From: Geosiphon pyriformis uo1
Lineage: Eukaryota; Fungi; Glomeromycota
Assembly: GCA_016748015.1 (NCBI GenBank)
Contig: JAAOMT010000697.1
Span: 1,243,281-1,307,280, forward strand
DNA length: 64,000 nt
Direction of reading: 5' to 3'
In this document: piece by piece, positions 1-13,022 of the stretch
Layout of the letters: each line of letters begins with the position of its first letter
Position numbering within the stretch: position 1 is the first letter of the stretch
Notes under the pieces: model-generated
The model's database searches: none
The model's input: the letters and a program-made list of their open reading frames with translations, nothing else
What the model was told of the DNA's origin: nothing
Translations under genes and position numbers: made by a program

Positions 1-198
1 TGAACTATATATACTATTGAATTTATAATAAACTGGCCAATTTTATATCAATTACTTGTACAATTACTTTGCAATAAAAGTCAACTCTTTTACAAAAAAA
101 TCTTATTTATAAGTTTTTTAATTAATATATAGTTACTTTGCTATAAAAGTCAATTTTTTTACAAAAAATTTCGACTGTAAATTATCTAATAATATAAA
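1..198 (-). mobile_element. Partial LTR of Ty3/Gypsy family B (runs off the window start), with an internal ~70-bp duplication
   Basis: Reverse complement of 16081-16280 aligns to 1-198 (e.g. TAGTTACTTTGCTATAAAAGTCAA at ~130 vs revcomp TAGTTACTTTGCTGTAAAAATCAA; TGGCCAATT shared). 61-100 and 130-168 are tandem copies. Confidence 0.7.
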
Positions 199-551
199 AA
201 AAATAATGAAAAAAATTATAATTAAGAAAAAAAATAAAAAATTATACTAAAGAAGTTATTTTGAATTTAAGCTTAAAGATTATTAATAATTAATAAAATT
301 AGTAACTAATTAATTTTAAAATATTAGTATATAAAAATAAGTTTCAAAGTAATAATTTAAAAAGTTTATGTTTTATAATTTAATATATTATATTTGTGTT
401 TAGTACAAATTAAAAACTTTTTTCTCTCCTTCATTTAAAATTCCCAAAAAAGAGTTAAAAGTTTTTTGAAAAAAAGTTTTTTACCATTCAGTACGATAAA
501 TTAAAACTGTTTTTTGATTTCAAGGCCACTGTTGGTCTTAATATTGCCATC

Positions 552-2354
552 ATGAAGAAAGCTGCCAAAAAATCTGGCTCTAGTGGTAGTCTTAGACCAG
601 TTCTACCAAGGAAAAAGAGAAGGGGTGGTGTCTTAGATGACATTGTCAAAGCTAAAATGAATTCTACTGGTGGTTCAGCTAGTTGTTCTTGGGGTTCAGA
701 AACTGGAAATATGACCAAGTTGGAAAGTATGGATATGGAAGAGGAGTGTTTAGTGGAAGAGACCAGTTTTTAACAAGAAAATGAGAAGGAACTTGGTAGT
801 GGCAATGCTGATATGACTTCCAAAGGTCTCAAAAGGACTGTTACAAAGTAATCTTTTGGTAAACCCATTGGTACGATTAATTTCAGTAAGAAATGTGATG
901 ATAATGATGATGTGTTAGATGAGTTGCTCTTACTCCTTCCTCCTCTGTCTCTTAAGCCTGTGGTCCAAATCTTGGTCAGAAAATTTTTTGCATTGGATAT
1001 CAATCTGGTTGCAGTGGTTGGGAAATTTTCTCAAGAGAAACTAAATTTTGTCAGGAAAATTTTTTCTGGTGTGAATGGTTTTGGGGGGGCCTCTATCCTC
1101 TTAAAATTTGGTGGCATAATCCGTGCTACTTTCACTTCTAATGAGACAATGATAGCTGTAGCAAATCTGGCAAATGATTATGATATTGTGGTGAACACTG
1201 GTCTCAAGTGCCCTGGCAACAATTGTATGAATCGGTCAATTGTGCTGAAAAAAATTCTTGTAGGAACATCTTTAAAGACTGTGCATGCAGCTGTGTCTGA
1301 GTTTGGTAAGATTGTGAAAATCAGAATGCAATTGGTAGGTTTGTGGTAAAAAGCGATTGTCAATTTAGAAGATCAAAATCAGGCTGATCTCTTGGCTTCT
1401 AAGTGGTCTATTCTTATTGGGAAAGATGTGGTTTGTGTGGCCAGAGCTGATGTAGATAAACAAATGTGGAATGCCAGGAATGAGTATAGGGCTTTGTTTT
1501 ACACTCTTCCTATGGGAACAACTGCTCATAATCTATGGGATTTTATTGGTTCAGTTAGTAGAAAGACATGTGTCATTGATCATAATTCTGTCAGCTATTC
1601 ATGTGCTCACTGTGCAACTGTGTGCTTTGGTTCTAGGTTTGATCTAGTTGATGCAATAAAAGTGACTCCCATTATAAAAGGTGTTGGTCTCCATTAGTCT
1701 TATCTCTCTTTGGTGTTGTGTTTGGTTTGCAAGTATTCTGGTCATACATCTCTTATCTGTGTTTTGGTTAAGGATGACTCAACTCTGAAGAAAAAAAAGG
1801 CTCTCTTTTTTATGCATGACCGGGCCAGATTGGCCAATATTTATGCAAAGAAGTCTGTACCTATATCTCATCCATTGTCTTTTGGTGGCAAAACCTGGAC
1901 TTCAGTAGTTGGTGCTTCTTCTAATGTTTCTTTTCATCAGGTTTCTTCTTTTGGTTCTATAGAACATAGTAAACTTCTCCCTTCTGTTGTGAATGATTTA
2001 GAAAGACAATTAATTGGCATTAAGAACAATTTCATCAGTCTTGTGGAACAAATTGTTGAGTTGGCTAAAAGATTGGATTCACTCATGCTAACAGTTTCCC
2101 AGTCTAGCTCTGAATGTCAGCTGCTGGTGACCTCCTTATCACAGAATCAAGAAGAGGATATAGTGATGGGAGCAAATTTGGGTGAAGCCACTAGTGACAA
2201 AACTGCTGCATTTAAGGACTTTTCAGTGTCCTCCCATGTTATCAAGTTGGAAAATATGTTAGAGGACTTTTTCAGATCTGTGTTGAGCTTATTTGCCCAC
2301 TTTGACAGTTTGGCTTTGGCTGGTGATGCTTTTTTTTTACCCATTTCTCAATGA
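552..2354 (+). pseudogene. LINE ORF1 (gag-like RNA-binding protein: basic N-terminus, two RRM-like domains, CCHC zinc knuckle, coiled coil)
   Basis: ORF fragments 552, 912, 1392 and 1710 share one frame, broken by stops at 771, 849, 1347 and 1695. RRM-like RSIVLKKILVGTSLKTVHAAVSEFGKIVKI; knuckle CLVCKYSGHTSLIC (CX2CX4HX4C); heptad LERQLIGIKNNFISLVEQIVELAKRLDSL. Confidence 0.88.
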
Positions 2355-5300
2355 GTGGTCTGGTTTGAAAAATTGCCATGTATAATGTTCGGGACATAAA
2401 CAATCCTGCAAAACAGGATGATGTTGTTTGTTGGCATAAAGATATAGGCAATTTGATTTTAATTGTTACTGAAACTATGTTGAAAGGTGGGATCCATCCT
2501 TGAATCATGAACAAGTTTGATAGTGTTCAGGTTTTTACTTCCAGTTTGGATGTTGGTCATTTGGATTCTGGTGTCACGATTATTATAAACATTTCTTTGG
2601 CTCGACATGTGTGTAAGGTTTTGGACATTTCTGGTTGGCTTCTTTCTATTAGATTACTCTTCAAAAATAAACTTTCTGTGTCAATTTTGGGACTGTATGC
2701 TGGAGCATTTCTGGCAGTACATTTTTTCTAGGCAGGTGAGATTAATTTTATGATTGTAAAGACTGTAAATGAATCTTCTTTTGTTGTCTTGGGTGGCAAT
2801 TTCAATGAAGATGGCTTTCACAAGAGCACTAGCTTCAAAAAATATTTTAACTTGGGTTTGGTCAATTTCTTGGATGGAAGCTCAATGAGAAAGTTGCCAA
2901 CTTTGTGCAATTTACGTGGTGTCACCAAAACAATTGATTACGTGTTTGTCTCCTCTAATTTGGTTAATGCTATTGTGGATCATAATGTGATGAGTGTTGA
3001 TGACTTTTTTGATACTGATTATAGAGCTGTTTTGGTTTCTGTGGGTCTGGGTGGTTTGTTGGATGTTCAATTGAATTCACTGTGCAAGCAAGCAAACAAG
3101 AATTGTTGAAAATTTGATTTTAAAAATGCAGATGATACTAGATAGTGTAAGTTTAAAGTGTTTACAGTGACCAATACTGCCATGTTTTCGGATGTGTTCT
3201 CTTTAGCCATGAGGTTTTCGGATTTGGATGTAATATGAGACACTGTTTGCAAGATTGTAATTCTCTCAGCAAATGGAACTTTCAAAAAGAAATGGTTCAA
3301 AGATTTTGATAGTGTTTACAATAAAGAGTTCTCTAGGTTTCATAAATTAAAGTTGCTGGTTTCTAAGCTGGTTAAGACTTCTTATTTGGTGTCTAATGCT
3401 GACTTTGTTTTTTTGTTGGAGAGGTGGGATGATTTTGACTCTTTTGGTGTGTTAGCAGTAAAATCTCTTTTTCTTTTGGGTTCTAGTTTTGATTCTATTT
3501 GGTCTGCTCTGGCCAAAACTAGGAAGTTATACTGCTCCTTCAAGCTGTCAGAGTTCAGATGTGCTGAGGAGTCTCACATTAGGCTGGCTATCAATAAAAG
3601 GATAAAAAGTTTTGAGTTAAACAAAGATCATACCATCAGGAGTGTTCTAGAGTGTTCTTCTCACAAGGTTGTTCTGGATCATCTGGTAATGGATGATGAA
3701 TTGATTTTGGAGCCTAATTTGGTTAAATCTAAGGTAGATGTGATTATGGAAGGATGGACCAGAAAACATAGGGTTGCGTTTGATTTTTCTGATGACTGAA
3801 TTTGCCAATATTAGCCACTAGATTATGTGTTCAATGATGCTTTTTCTGGTGTCATGTGTTCGATTAGTTTTGACAAAATGTTTGCTGTGATCAAGGATCT
3901 GCCTGATAGAAAGGCTGCTGGTCTCTCTGGCATTTCTAATGAGCTGTGGAAACATTGTGACAAGTCTGTTTTGGATATGCTTCTGGTGTTTTTGAATTTT
4001 TGCTTGGTTAGTGAATCAATACCTGGACTTTGGAGGGAAGCTTGGGTTTCAATGATTCCCAAACCATATGAATGAGAGAGTGTACTTACCAACACCTATT
4101 CTATTGCTTTGATTAAAACAGCCCAAAAGATTTTTTTCAAGATTCTTTCAGATAGAATTTCTTCCGCTTGTAGTGCTTTTGATGTTCTTTGTGGAGACAA
4201 TTTTTCCATTTTGAAAGATACAATAACACAGTCTCCCATTTTTGTCATTGGTTCAGTAGTTAAGGATGCATTGGAGAAGAGCAGAAAACTTTGGCTGGTT
4301 TTACAAGACATGCATAAAGCTTATGACTTGGTTGGTTGGGAACATCTCAAGGGGAGTCTGGTTAGGATCAAGATGTGTGACAAGTTTATAAAATTTTTTG
4401 GTGGCATTCACAAGGGTTGTATCAATAGGGTGATGACTGATTTTGGCTTAATAGATAAATATTGCGTTTATGATGAGTTGAATCAAGGAAAAGTTTTCTC
4501 ACCTCTCCTTTGGCGTATATTCTATGACCCACTTTTGTGTGAGATTAAAAGACAGAAGAGTGTATGTGGTTATTAATTGAATTCTCATTTTATTTCCAAA
4601 ACTGGTCAAGAGGATCCTCGTGTTGGGCTGACCTTGTTTCTTACTGCTGGTGCTTTTGTCAATGATATGATTTGGGTTGGTAGTAGCCAGACTGTTACAC
4701 AGCACATCTTTGATATTGCTAGTGAATTCTTTAGGATCAATGACATTTCAGTTAATAATAACAAAACTGTGGTCATCCTAATCAATTGTCGAGTTGTGAT
4801 CCCATGTTTTACTATTAGTGGCTCTCCTATTTTTATCACCAAAAAGAAAGTATCTTATTGTTATCTGGGTATTTTTTTGTCAACTGATAATATGTCAAGG
4901 CCCAGCTTGGCTAAGGCTTATTCAGATGTTTGGGTTTTTGCTAATCTTGTTTTGAAGAAGACAATCTCAGACAAACAATTTGCATATTTGGTGTCTGCTG
5001 TCTTTTTTCCAATTATCTGTTACAGAACTCAGTTCAGTTATGTCCCACTTAGTATATGTAATAAATGGGATGCTTTGATTTGCAAGGGCTTGAAGTCTAA
5101 GTCTAGCCTTCTACTCAATTTTCCCAGTAATGCTCTTCACCATCTTTCTTTGTATGGGCTGAAAACTTTTGAACAGATTCAGACTAAAAACAAGTCAGCA
5201 TCAGTCATTTTCTTTGCAAATTCTGTTGGTACTTTGGGTTGTCTGTTCTCCCACAGGTCTCATAATCTTCAGGTTCTCAGCTGGTGCTCCCATCACCCTT

Positions 5301-7039
5301 TGCAGTTTCCGGCTCATATTTGAGTCAGTCTTTCAAATAATTTTTTGTCAGGTGTGATCCATATTTTTTCTGGGTGCAAGTTGTCTCTGGGTGGTTCTCT
5401 GGTTGGTGCTTTTTGCTTTGGTAATGGCACTTCTATGTCTCTGGTTCTCAGCAAACAATATTTTTTCAAGTGTGTCTCCTCACTTCATTGCTATGGTATT
5501 GCATTCATGGAGCAGTTGCAAGACCAGGTTGGTGCTATTTTTAGTTAGAAAACCTTTAAAAGGTAGAAACAGTTGGACCCACATGGCCCTGTCCCTCTCT
5601 AATTTGAGCTTTCTGTTTGTTTTCTTGATAGTATGACAGCTTCTTTTTCTGGCCTTCCTCTGGTGGTTGGTCAGATTTCTTTTGATGTTCTACAATCTCA
5701 TAAGTTTGATGTCATTGGTAATAGTTTGTTGTGTGCTGGTGCTGCTTGTTTTTCTGTATTTACGGATGGATTTTTGAGTGGCTTGGATACTTCTGATATG
5801 AGAGCTGGCACTGCTGCATACTTTGAAAATATAGACTTGGGTTTGGGTGTGGAGATGTCAGGCTTGGTTTCTTTTACAATGATGGAGTTGCAAGTGATAA
5901 CTTTAGCTTTCAAGTGTGTTCTTTTCTTTCATTCAGTCAATCTGTTTTCTGACAGCCAGGCAGTCTTGGATGCTTGCAGGTCTGAGTCTTCTTTGTTTTA
6001 TCCAGATTTCAGAAATAGATGTTGGATTGAACACCATCACATAATGAATGTCATTCATCATAAAAATTTGGATGTAAACTGGATTAAAGTTAAAGGCCAC
6101 TTGGGAGTTTTGGACAATGAATATGCTGATGCATTGGCTAAAGCTGCTGTGTTATCTGATAGGCATCTGCCACATATGGTCAATAAACGTTTTTTGGTGG
6201 CTGATGGTACTGCTGTTTCTGGTAACTCTAGACATTTTGTTTATAATGTTTTTTGGTCTGTTCATTATGCACGTTAGAAGATTAGCTATGGTTCTCAGGT
6301 TGTGACAAGTAGTCTTAGTGCTAATATTGATTGGTCCAAGTTATTGTTGGTTTGGCATCCAGATTCTCATTTGGCTGTTGGTTTTACTAGTGTACAGACT
6401 GCTGGTCTACATTCTTATTTCATGAAAACTTTACATCACCAGCTCCTGGTGGCTGTATGGAAGCATCTTTAGAATAAGTGTTATTCTAATGTTTTATGTC
6501 TGTTCTCTAGGGACATTGAGGTCTCAAATCATGCCTTTTCTTGTTTGTTTGAAGCTTCTGTTCATGTTTGTTTGTTGGACATTTGTGCCTCTGCTTGGGA
6601 GATGTGTTCTGATTTGCTTTGTTCCTCCTTGTGCATTTTTCAGTTGTTGTATACTTGTGCTTTGAATGTAGACATTAGTGTTGCTCTGTATAAGAGCTTT
6701 GTTTTCAAAGATTGGTTTAATAAGTCTGTTGCCATCTTCAAAAATCCCAAGGCCATGAGTGTGTGTATAGTGAACTTTGTATGTAAGTTGTGTGCAATGT
6801 TTCGTGAGAAGGTTTAGCTGGTCTATGCCAAACACTGGGTGTTTATGGAAAAAAAGGGGTTGATCCCAAGTGACGGCTTCATTTTTTCTTTGGTTTCTGG
6901 TCTCTTTTCAAGGCTTTCTGCTGGTGTAGTCAAGTTGTTAGGTATTGCCAATGCTCGTGATATTGGTTTTGGGTTTCGTAAGTCTTGTCAGTTTTTTTTG
7001 GGTATTGGTGACATAGTCTCTGTTTATATAAGTGCCTAG
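2351..7039 (+). pseudogene. LINE ORF2 (APE endonuclease - reverse transcriptase - RNase H - C-terminal Zn finger remnant), ~1560 codons
   Basis: All fragments (2507, 2750, 3353, 3827, 4109, 4577, 5345, 5633, 6545, 6839) share one frame with ATG 2351. APE motifs YNVRDIN, VTET, LGGNFN, TIDYVFVS, TDY; RT motifs KAAGLSGISNELWK, LQDMHKAYDLV, QGKVFSPLLW, AFVND (FVDD-derived); RNase H VFTDG..MELQ..FSDSQ..WIKVKGHLGVLDNEYADALA. Confidence 0.95.
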
Positions 7040-7299
7040 TGTTGTTTTGATTGGCCTGAGTGGCTAGTCACATGTAAAAAATGCATGATTCGCACCTAAT
7101 TTAGATCATTTGAATAATGTATCGTACTAGGCCACATTTGGACTTCACTCATTAAATGTTTAAAAAAAAAATTAAATTAAATTATTAATTAAATAATAAT
7201 TTAGATAATTTGCTAAAATAATAAGTAATAAATCAAAATAATAATATATGTTAATTAATAATAAAAATTATAAAAATAATTTTATTTTAATTAATATCT

Positions 7300-9934
7300 T
7301 AAATTTTAATTAATAATAATATATTTACTATATATAATTAGCTATTTAACCAATTTAAACTACAATATACAGACATTATATTACTTATTATATTATTTAT
7401 AGCAATAAAAAACAAATAATAAAATTATTTTTTAAATAAATTACATAATTTTTTTTAATACTAAACAAAAAAATTATTTTACTTAAAATATAATTAAAAA
7501 GTTTTTTGATATTAACCAGAGCTAAAATTTTTATTGACAAAATTCTGAATTTTTTTAACTTTATTTTAAGTTTTAAAATAAACAATCAAATTTGCTTTCT
7601 ATAACCAAAAACTAAATTATATACAAAATTTATTATTTTAAAAAAAGCCAGTTTAGTATATTTAAAAGCCATTCTGACTTTAGCCACTTATAATTTGAAC
7701 ACAAAATTTTTACATAAAACTATATACAAATTCATATTAAAAACACTTAAATTAAGTTTTAAAAAATAATAAAAGAAAACAAATTAGTATTAAACAAAAA
7801 GTATCATAAAATTGAATATACAATTAAAAAATTATATTATATTATTTGGTTTTCTTAACAGACAAAACTATAATTAAAAATTTTTATTTTATTATAATAT
7901 ATACAAAAAACACTATGATAATGTTTATTATAAAGTTTTTTTAATAATCATTAACAGTTTATAATATAAAGTCTTTATAATATAAATATATAAACTTGTT
8001 ATGAATTTGTTAGTAAAACTAGTTGTTATATATGAGTTAAGATGCCATATTAAGACTATTGCTTCTTAATTAATATTATTAACATATAAAAAACTTACTA
8101 TATTAGGCACTAAAACTTATTTTTTATAAGATTTTTCAAACAATATTATCTAAAACAGCTTTTTTACCAGTTATTATATAGCTTTCAAACACATTAGTAA
8201 AAAGTATTAAACCAGAATAAATTGTAAAATCTGTTAAAATATTGGCATATTTATTGTTTACAATTTTTAAATATTTTTTTATTTTTATTTATTTAACAAA
8301 CAAATTTTTATTATAAATAATATTAATTATACAATAACACTTTATTTAGTAAAAATTTTAAAGATCAAGTTTTAATAAATACAATTCAAAATAATAAGCA
8401 TCAATAGTAACTTGGCTATCTAAAAAAATTTTAACATAAGAAAAAAAATACACACTTAAAAAACAAAATAAAAACTAATAATTCAGTTAAAACTAAGAAG
8501 AATAGACTATTTACTTGTATATTTATACCTAAATTTAAACTAAAAAAATATGTTATTGTATTAACAACAACAAAATATAACTAAAATTATTAACAAAATT
8601 ATTTGTAAAGATTGATAAAATATTTGAATTATTATTTTTTAAAATAGATTTGATATCAAAAAAAATCTAACATATTTAATATACTTAACTTAATAAAAAC
8701 TTGAAAAGATAAATTAAAATTTATAAAACTCTCTAAAAGTACAAATTTAAACATCAAAAAAAATTAAAGCTCTTAAAATTTTTCTAAAAAAAACACTTTT
8801 TTAAACTGTTCAAAAATTGTTTAGCTAATATTATTTCAAAATACTTCAAAAATTTGACAATTTTAGAATACTTAATAATCTTTATAATATCTAAAACAGA
8901 AGAATTATAATATTACTTAAAAACAATAACTTGTAAATCTATAATTTTATATTTAAAAACTATTTTAGAATGCTATTAATATTAGCAAAATTAACAATAA
9001 AAGCAATTTTATTTTTAATTTAAGCTTAGTTAAAAGACTTTAGATTGTAAAATAAGAGATAATACATTATATTACTTGAAAAAGTTTTTGGCAAACCAGT
9101 ATTAAACTTTAAATTATGCTTAATAATCAGATTTTATTTTGTATATAAATATTTATTAACAAAACTAAATTGTATTTTATAGCACAAAATAAGATACAAA
9201 ACAGCAGAAACCAAATATGTAAATTGTTTGTTTAAAATAATTTTTTATTAAACAATTACTAAAAAAAATTTTATATTAAAACTGGTTTTTTTAAAGTTAG
9301 ATATTAAAAGATTTTTTAATAATATATAAATTTCTAAATATTTATAAGGCTTATTAAATTTAATAATTAATATAGTGAAATTATTTATAATCAAATTAAC
9401 TTTTAAAGTTTACATATTAATAGATATAGCAACAGTTTTATTTAAATTAATAGCTATATTATTAATATTAAAAAACTTATCAATAATATTCAAAATATTT
9501 TGCATAGCTAAATAACTGTGTTTAATTCAAATTGTATTATTAATAAAAACATATACTATTAAAAATAACATCAATTTTATATCAAATTCAATTTTATTGG
9601 TCTTAATTATATATTTAAAGTCAATTTTATAACTAAAAAAATATTATGTTCTCAGACTTTATATAAAAATAGATTATAAAAAATTCTTTATATAAAAATA
9701 AAACATTTTACTTTAATTTAGATTATTATAAACTGTATACTTACTAATTAAGCCAAAATTTGTTATAATTTTGTTAATATAGCTATTATAAATATAATTA
9801 AAAAATTTAATAAACTTTAAACACATTTTAATTTTTAATAAGCATTTTTGCAAATATAATTAATCTACTAAATTAAAATATCTACCAAAACCAAAAAATT
9901 ATTTTTTTTAAAATATTATACTTATTATACATAC
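7300..9934 (-). mobile_element. Heavily decayed related LINE (RT to 3' UTR), tail-to-tail with the first LINE, interrupted at ~9935 by an LTR
   Basis: Minus-strand translations match ORF2 of the first LINE: VFINNTI*IKHSYLAMQNILNIIDKFFNINNIAINLNKTVAI (~9430-9560) vs AFVNDMIWVGSSQTVTQHIFDIASEFFRINDISVNNNKTVVI; *IKIKKYLKIVNNKYANILT (~8230-8295) vs WIKVKGHLGVLDNEYADALA; LCKNFVFK vs LYKSFVFK. 3'-UTR motif at 7328-7349. Confidence 0.88.
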
Positions 9935-10823
9935 TGTTATAGGTGATTATTTAAGGTGTTGAAATAAATAACAAATCTGTAATTTGGTATTCAATAGTTA
10001 TTGATAATGGTAATTTCTGAAAGTTTTGTAATTTAAAAGTTTTGGTTAAATTTTTTGTATAATAGACAAAGATTCAAACTGGTTGTTTCTTTTGTAAATT
10101 TTTTTTTTTAGTATAGTGATTGGTTTAATTTAACAGTTATATTCTTTTAATAAATTATTTTTAAGTTTTCTATTTTTGTTTTATGGGTTTTTTATCAAGC
10201 TATTCTTTATATTAATTACTCAATACTTAATCTCTTAATCAATTAATAACAAAAAAATAAAAATAAAAAATTAATATTTTGTTAATAGTTATGATCAAAA
10301 GCTATTGGTTTAATATAGTTAAGTATTGGATTTTATTAACATAGATTGTTGATAATATAAATATAATTAATATTTTTTAATCAAGCAATGATAATATAAA
10401 TTAGATAATAATAAAATAAACAAAATATTAGCCAAAAAGAAAATTAGCAAAGTTATTTTTATAAAAAATAGATTAATTAATATTTTATTAATATGGATAT
10501 AATTTTACTTTAAGTTATAAAAAACTATCTTTTAAAGAAAAAAGTATTTGCTAACTATTAATTATTTGTTACTGTTTTGTTTTTTTTGTTTTTAATACTT
10601 TTACTATATATACATAATTTGTATTATATAAAATTCTATATATTTTTACTTTTTTTTACATTTCTTTTTGAAAATGTACTCATTCTTGAAAATATGTTGT
10701 AATTTTTTGAAAATATGCTATAATTTCCTAAAAATATACTTGTTAAATATTATTTTCTTATTGGTCTATTTTATAATCTGTTTTTTATTTTTTTTTTGTA
10801 TTTTTTTTCTATAAATAATAATA
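9935..10823 (-). mobile_element. 3' LTR of Ty3/Gypsy family A
   Basis: Inverted homologue of 13023-13818 over its whole length. Ends ...CTATAACA on the minus strand (canonical CA); preceded on that strand by an A-run (decayed PPT) at ~10824-10832. Confidence 0.85.
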
Positions 10824-11523
10824 TTTTTTTTTAGTATTGAATTCTGTTGAAATTTTTATTTTGAATTAAGTTTATTAGTTTTTTTTTCTAATATTATTTG
10901 TTTAATTTTGGTTCTTATATCTTTGAATTAAGAGTTGGTTATTTTTTTTCCACTGGTTAATAATTATTGTTTTTATGTCTAAAAATAATAGTATTTCTGA
11001 ATAATCTTAAAATATAGTATGTAATTAATAAATTGTTTTGATGTATAGTATAAAATTTGTTTTTTTTATAAAGTTTTTAATTTGTTGTACTATTTTTTGA
11101 TTGAACATTTTTTTGGATTTGTTAATATATAATTTCTAAATATTCAGCTTTTGTTTTAACTGATAATAGCAATATGTTATTAGAAGTTGTTTTATCTATA
11201 GCTTTCAATTTTATTTAATTAATTTTTCAATTGAAATAGTAATTAGTATTTTTTTAAAAGTGTTTTTTACTTTTTCTATAATTTTATTTGATAAATGCTT
11301 TGTTTAGTTTTGTGGTTGTTAATATAAAATAATTTTTTCTTTTTTTTTTTCTTTGTGTTTTATAACAAATTATTTGAAATTAATAATTATTTTTATGTCC
11401 AATTGTTGTTGATTTATAATTTGAAATAATTGTTGTGTTATTGTATAGATGTAGTTTGGAATTTTTATTTTTTATTATTGTTTTTGTCATATATACTGAG
11501 TTTTTATATATTATTAATTTGAT

Positions 11524-12900
11524 TTACTTTTTTGCATTTTTTTTAATAATTATGATTAATTCTAAATCTTGTAAAATTTTATCTGATTTAATTAGTATTT
11601 TTTGTATTTTTAGTTGTAGAATATTATTGGTAGATAATAATACTATATTGTAATATGGTTTCAATCAATTATTATGTACTGCTTTAATTAAAATTTTGTT
11701 ATTCTATCTTAATTTATAAGTTATATTTTCTAGAATTTTTTTGATGTAAAATGAATTATTTTATTTAGAATTAAACTTTTTATTCTATTGTTTTTTTGTT
11801 TTGATATAATGTAAAAATACTTTGTTTTCAATTTTAAATTTGACCAGTTTATTTGGTAATTGGTTGTTATGTTATTTTTTTTGTTTTTTATGATTTTTGT
11901 ATATTATTAAATATTTTCATCTTTTGTTTTTTAGAGTTTTATTAAGTTATATGTTTTTTTCAACAATGTTTTTTAAATCTTGGCTTCTGTTATTGGTTTT
12001 ATTAAATATGTATTGATATCTATCTCAACTGATAATATTGCTGTTTTTTTATATACTAATTCAAATGATATTATTTATATAATATCTTATTTTATTATCT
12101 AATAAGCAAATAATACTAATAATATAAACAAATCTTATTTGTTTTGGTTTTTTTGGCTGATTTTAGATATTGTTTTGTATAATGTTTTATTAAATCTTTT
12201 GACTAAATTATTTGTTTATAAATAATATAAAAATAATAACAGTCTTTTAATTCCAAATTTTTGACTTAATTTTATTAATGTTTTGTTTACAAAATAAGTT
12301 TCTTAATCTAATAACAATTTTTTTAAACATTTATGTCAATAAATCAAATCTTGATATATAAATTTAGCTACAAATTTTAAATCTGCTTTTTAAATGGTTT
12401 TAGCTTTTGGCTATTTTGTGAGATAGTAAATGACTACTGCTATATATTAATTACTTTTGCTAACTATTATTAATGGTTTTATTAAGTTAATTCTAATCTA
12501 ATCAAATAGTTGTCTCACTTTAATTGGTTTTAATGATTTATTGGATTTTGTTTCTTTTTTTTTTTAATAAACATTACAATTTTAAACATATTGAATAATA
12601 TTTAGATATATTAATAGCTAATAGTAATTTTTTGGAGTTTTTTTATGTTTGCTTTTTTATAAAAATATTTTGCTATTGGATCTAAATACATATTAAATAG
12701 TATTGTTTTTTTTTTGGTTTTGTGATTATTTTGAGTGGCTGGTTTAGATTTTTTCTGTTTTTTTAATATAATATATTTTGATAAGTAATAAAGTATTTTA
12801 ATTGTTGTTTTATGTTGTTTTGTTTTTTTTAAAATAATTTTTTCTTGAACTATTGAGTATTAATATAATATTAAAATTGTTAATATTTTTATGTATTTAT
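11524..12900 (-). pseudogene. Ty3/Gypsy integrase (HHCC Zn domain, DDE core, C-terminal GPY/F region), decayed
   Basis: Minus strand: ILFNMYLDPIAKYFYK..YY*..IIQYV*NCNVY*; LKPIKVRQLFD*IRINLIKPL..N*YIAVVIYYLTK*PKAKTI..VAKFIYQDLIY*HKCLKKLLLD*ETYFVNKTLIKLSQKFGIK; PYY at ~11650. Confidence 0.85.
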
Positions 12901-13022
12901 TTTTTGATATATTTTTGAAATGAAATGTTTTATTTGTGACAAGTTATTAACATCTCTATTTTTTTTATAGTACACTGTATAATTGAATAGTAATAAATTT
13001 ATTTTCTATTTTGCATGCTAAT

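Larger units (their letters stand above)
400..7171 (+). mobile_element. Full-length, inactivated non-LTR retrotransposon (LINE with APE endonuclease, RT and RNase H); 5' boundary approximate
   Basis: GC-richer island containing ORF1 and ORF2 (below), a 3' UTR, ATTAAA at 7151-7156 and an A10 tail at 7162-7171. Confidence 0.95.

Noticed and set aside
488-6835. Minus-strand and alternate-frame ORFs within the LINE
   Set aside because: Shadows of ORF1/ORF2 with no independent motifs.
552-7039. Alternative genetic code (TGA=Trp) explaining the in-frame stops
   Set aside because: Trp positions appear as TGA, TAG and TAA alike, and catalytic residues are also mutated, which indicates decay rather than recoding.
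370-7200. Target-site duplication of the LINE
   Set aside because: Flanks are too AT-rich and eroded to call one; the 5' end is uncertain.
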